From assembly GCF_006345805.1 (NCBI RefSeq), contig NW_021824486.1, positions 1 to 18,565 on the forward strand: 18,565 bases of DNA, in the 5' to 3' direction. The first letter of the stretch is position 1. Each line of letters starts with the position of its first letter. The notes under the pieces are model-generated. The model saw only the letters and a list, made by a program, of their open reading frames with translations, did not search any database and was not told the DNA's origin. Positions 18,332-18,565 of the stretch are shown one piece after another. A program made the translations under genes and the position numbers. Source of the stretch: Octopus sinensis (taxonomy: Eukaryota).

Positions 18332-18565
18332 AGAGGCAGGCACAACAAATTGAAAGATAGATAGATAGCCATAGATGCATGCACAGATACACACCACATA
18401 CACACACATATAAATACGTTTGTGTGTGTGCATGCGTGCGTGCGCGTGTGCTGTTCCGGTGGGGTGGGTTCAGGATGTTTAAAAAACGAAGTTATTAAGA
18501 AACTATATATATAGTTTCACGATGACTTATTTTTTTAAACATCCTGAAGCCCCTTCAAATTGCCC

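Noticed and set aside
184-18433. Many 60-145 aa ORFs rich in YI, MYVC, HT, poly-W/G/T/H/S and IYLS
   Set aside because: They are direct translations of stop-free microsatellites, and the non-repeat parts have no domain signal.

Overview
Eukaryotic, AT-rich, non-coding DNA saturated with microsatellites and transposon relics. The SINE families and repeat load suggest a cephalopod, probably Octopus (inference). No intact protein-coding gene is visible. Most listed ORFs are translations of (AT)n, (ATAC)n, (AC)n, (GGT)n, (CTT)n or (GATA)n tracts. Identifiable elements: a Penelope-like (PLE) reverse transcriptase relic, an R4/Dong-type RLE LINE 3' end embedded in (ATAC)n, two mariner relics, two opposite-orientation non-autonomous Helitrons, a long-TIR DNA element, and several tRNA-derived SINE copies. 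The most striking signal is a set of minimal type I hammerhead ribozyme (HHR) motifs. Three have intact catalytic cores (46-90 minus, 105-148 plus, 7804-7863 minus) and several are decayed. Three times they occur as back-to-back divergent pairs, one of them inside a near-perfect 193-bp fold-back. Two more near-perfect long fold-backs (190 and 328 bp) abut (AT)n tracts. One weak candidate terminal exon lies on the minus strand near 17.7 kb.
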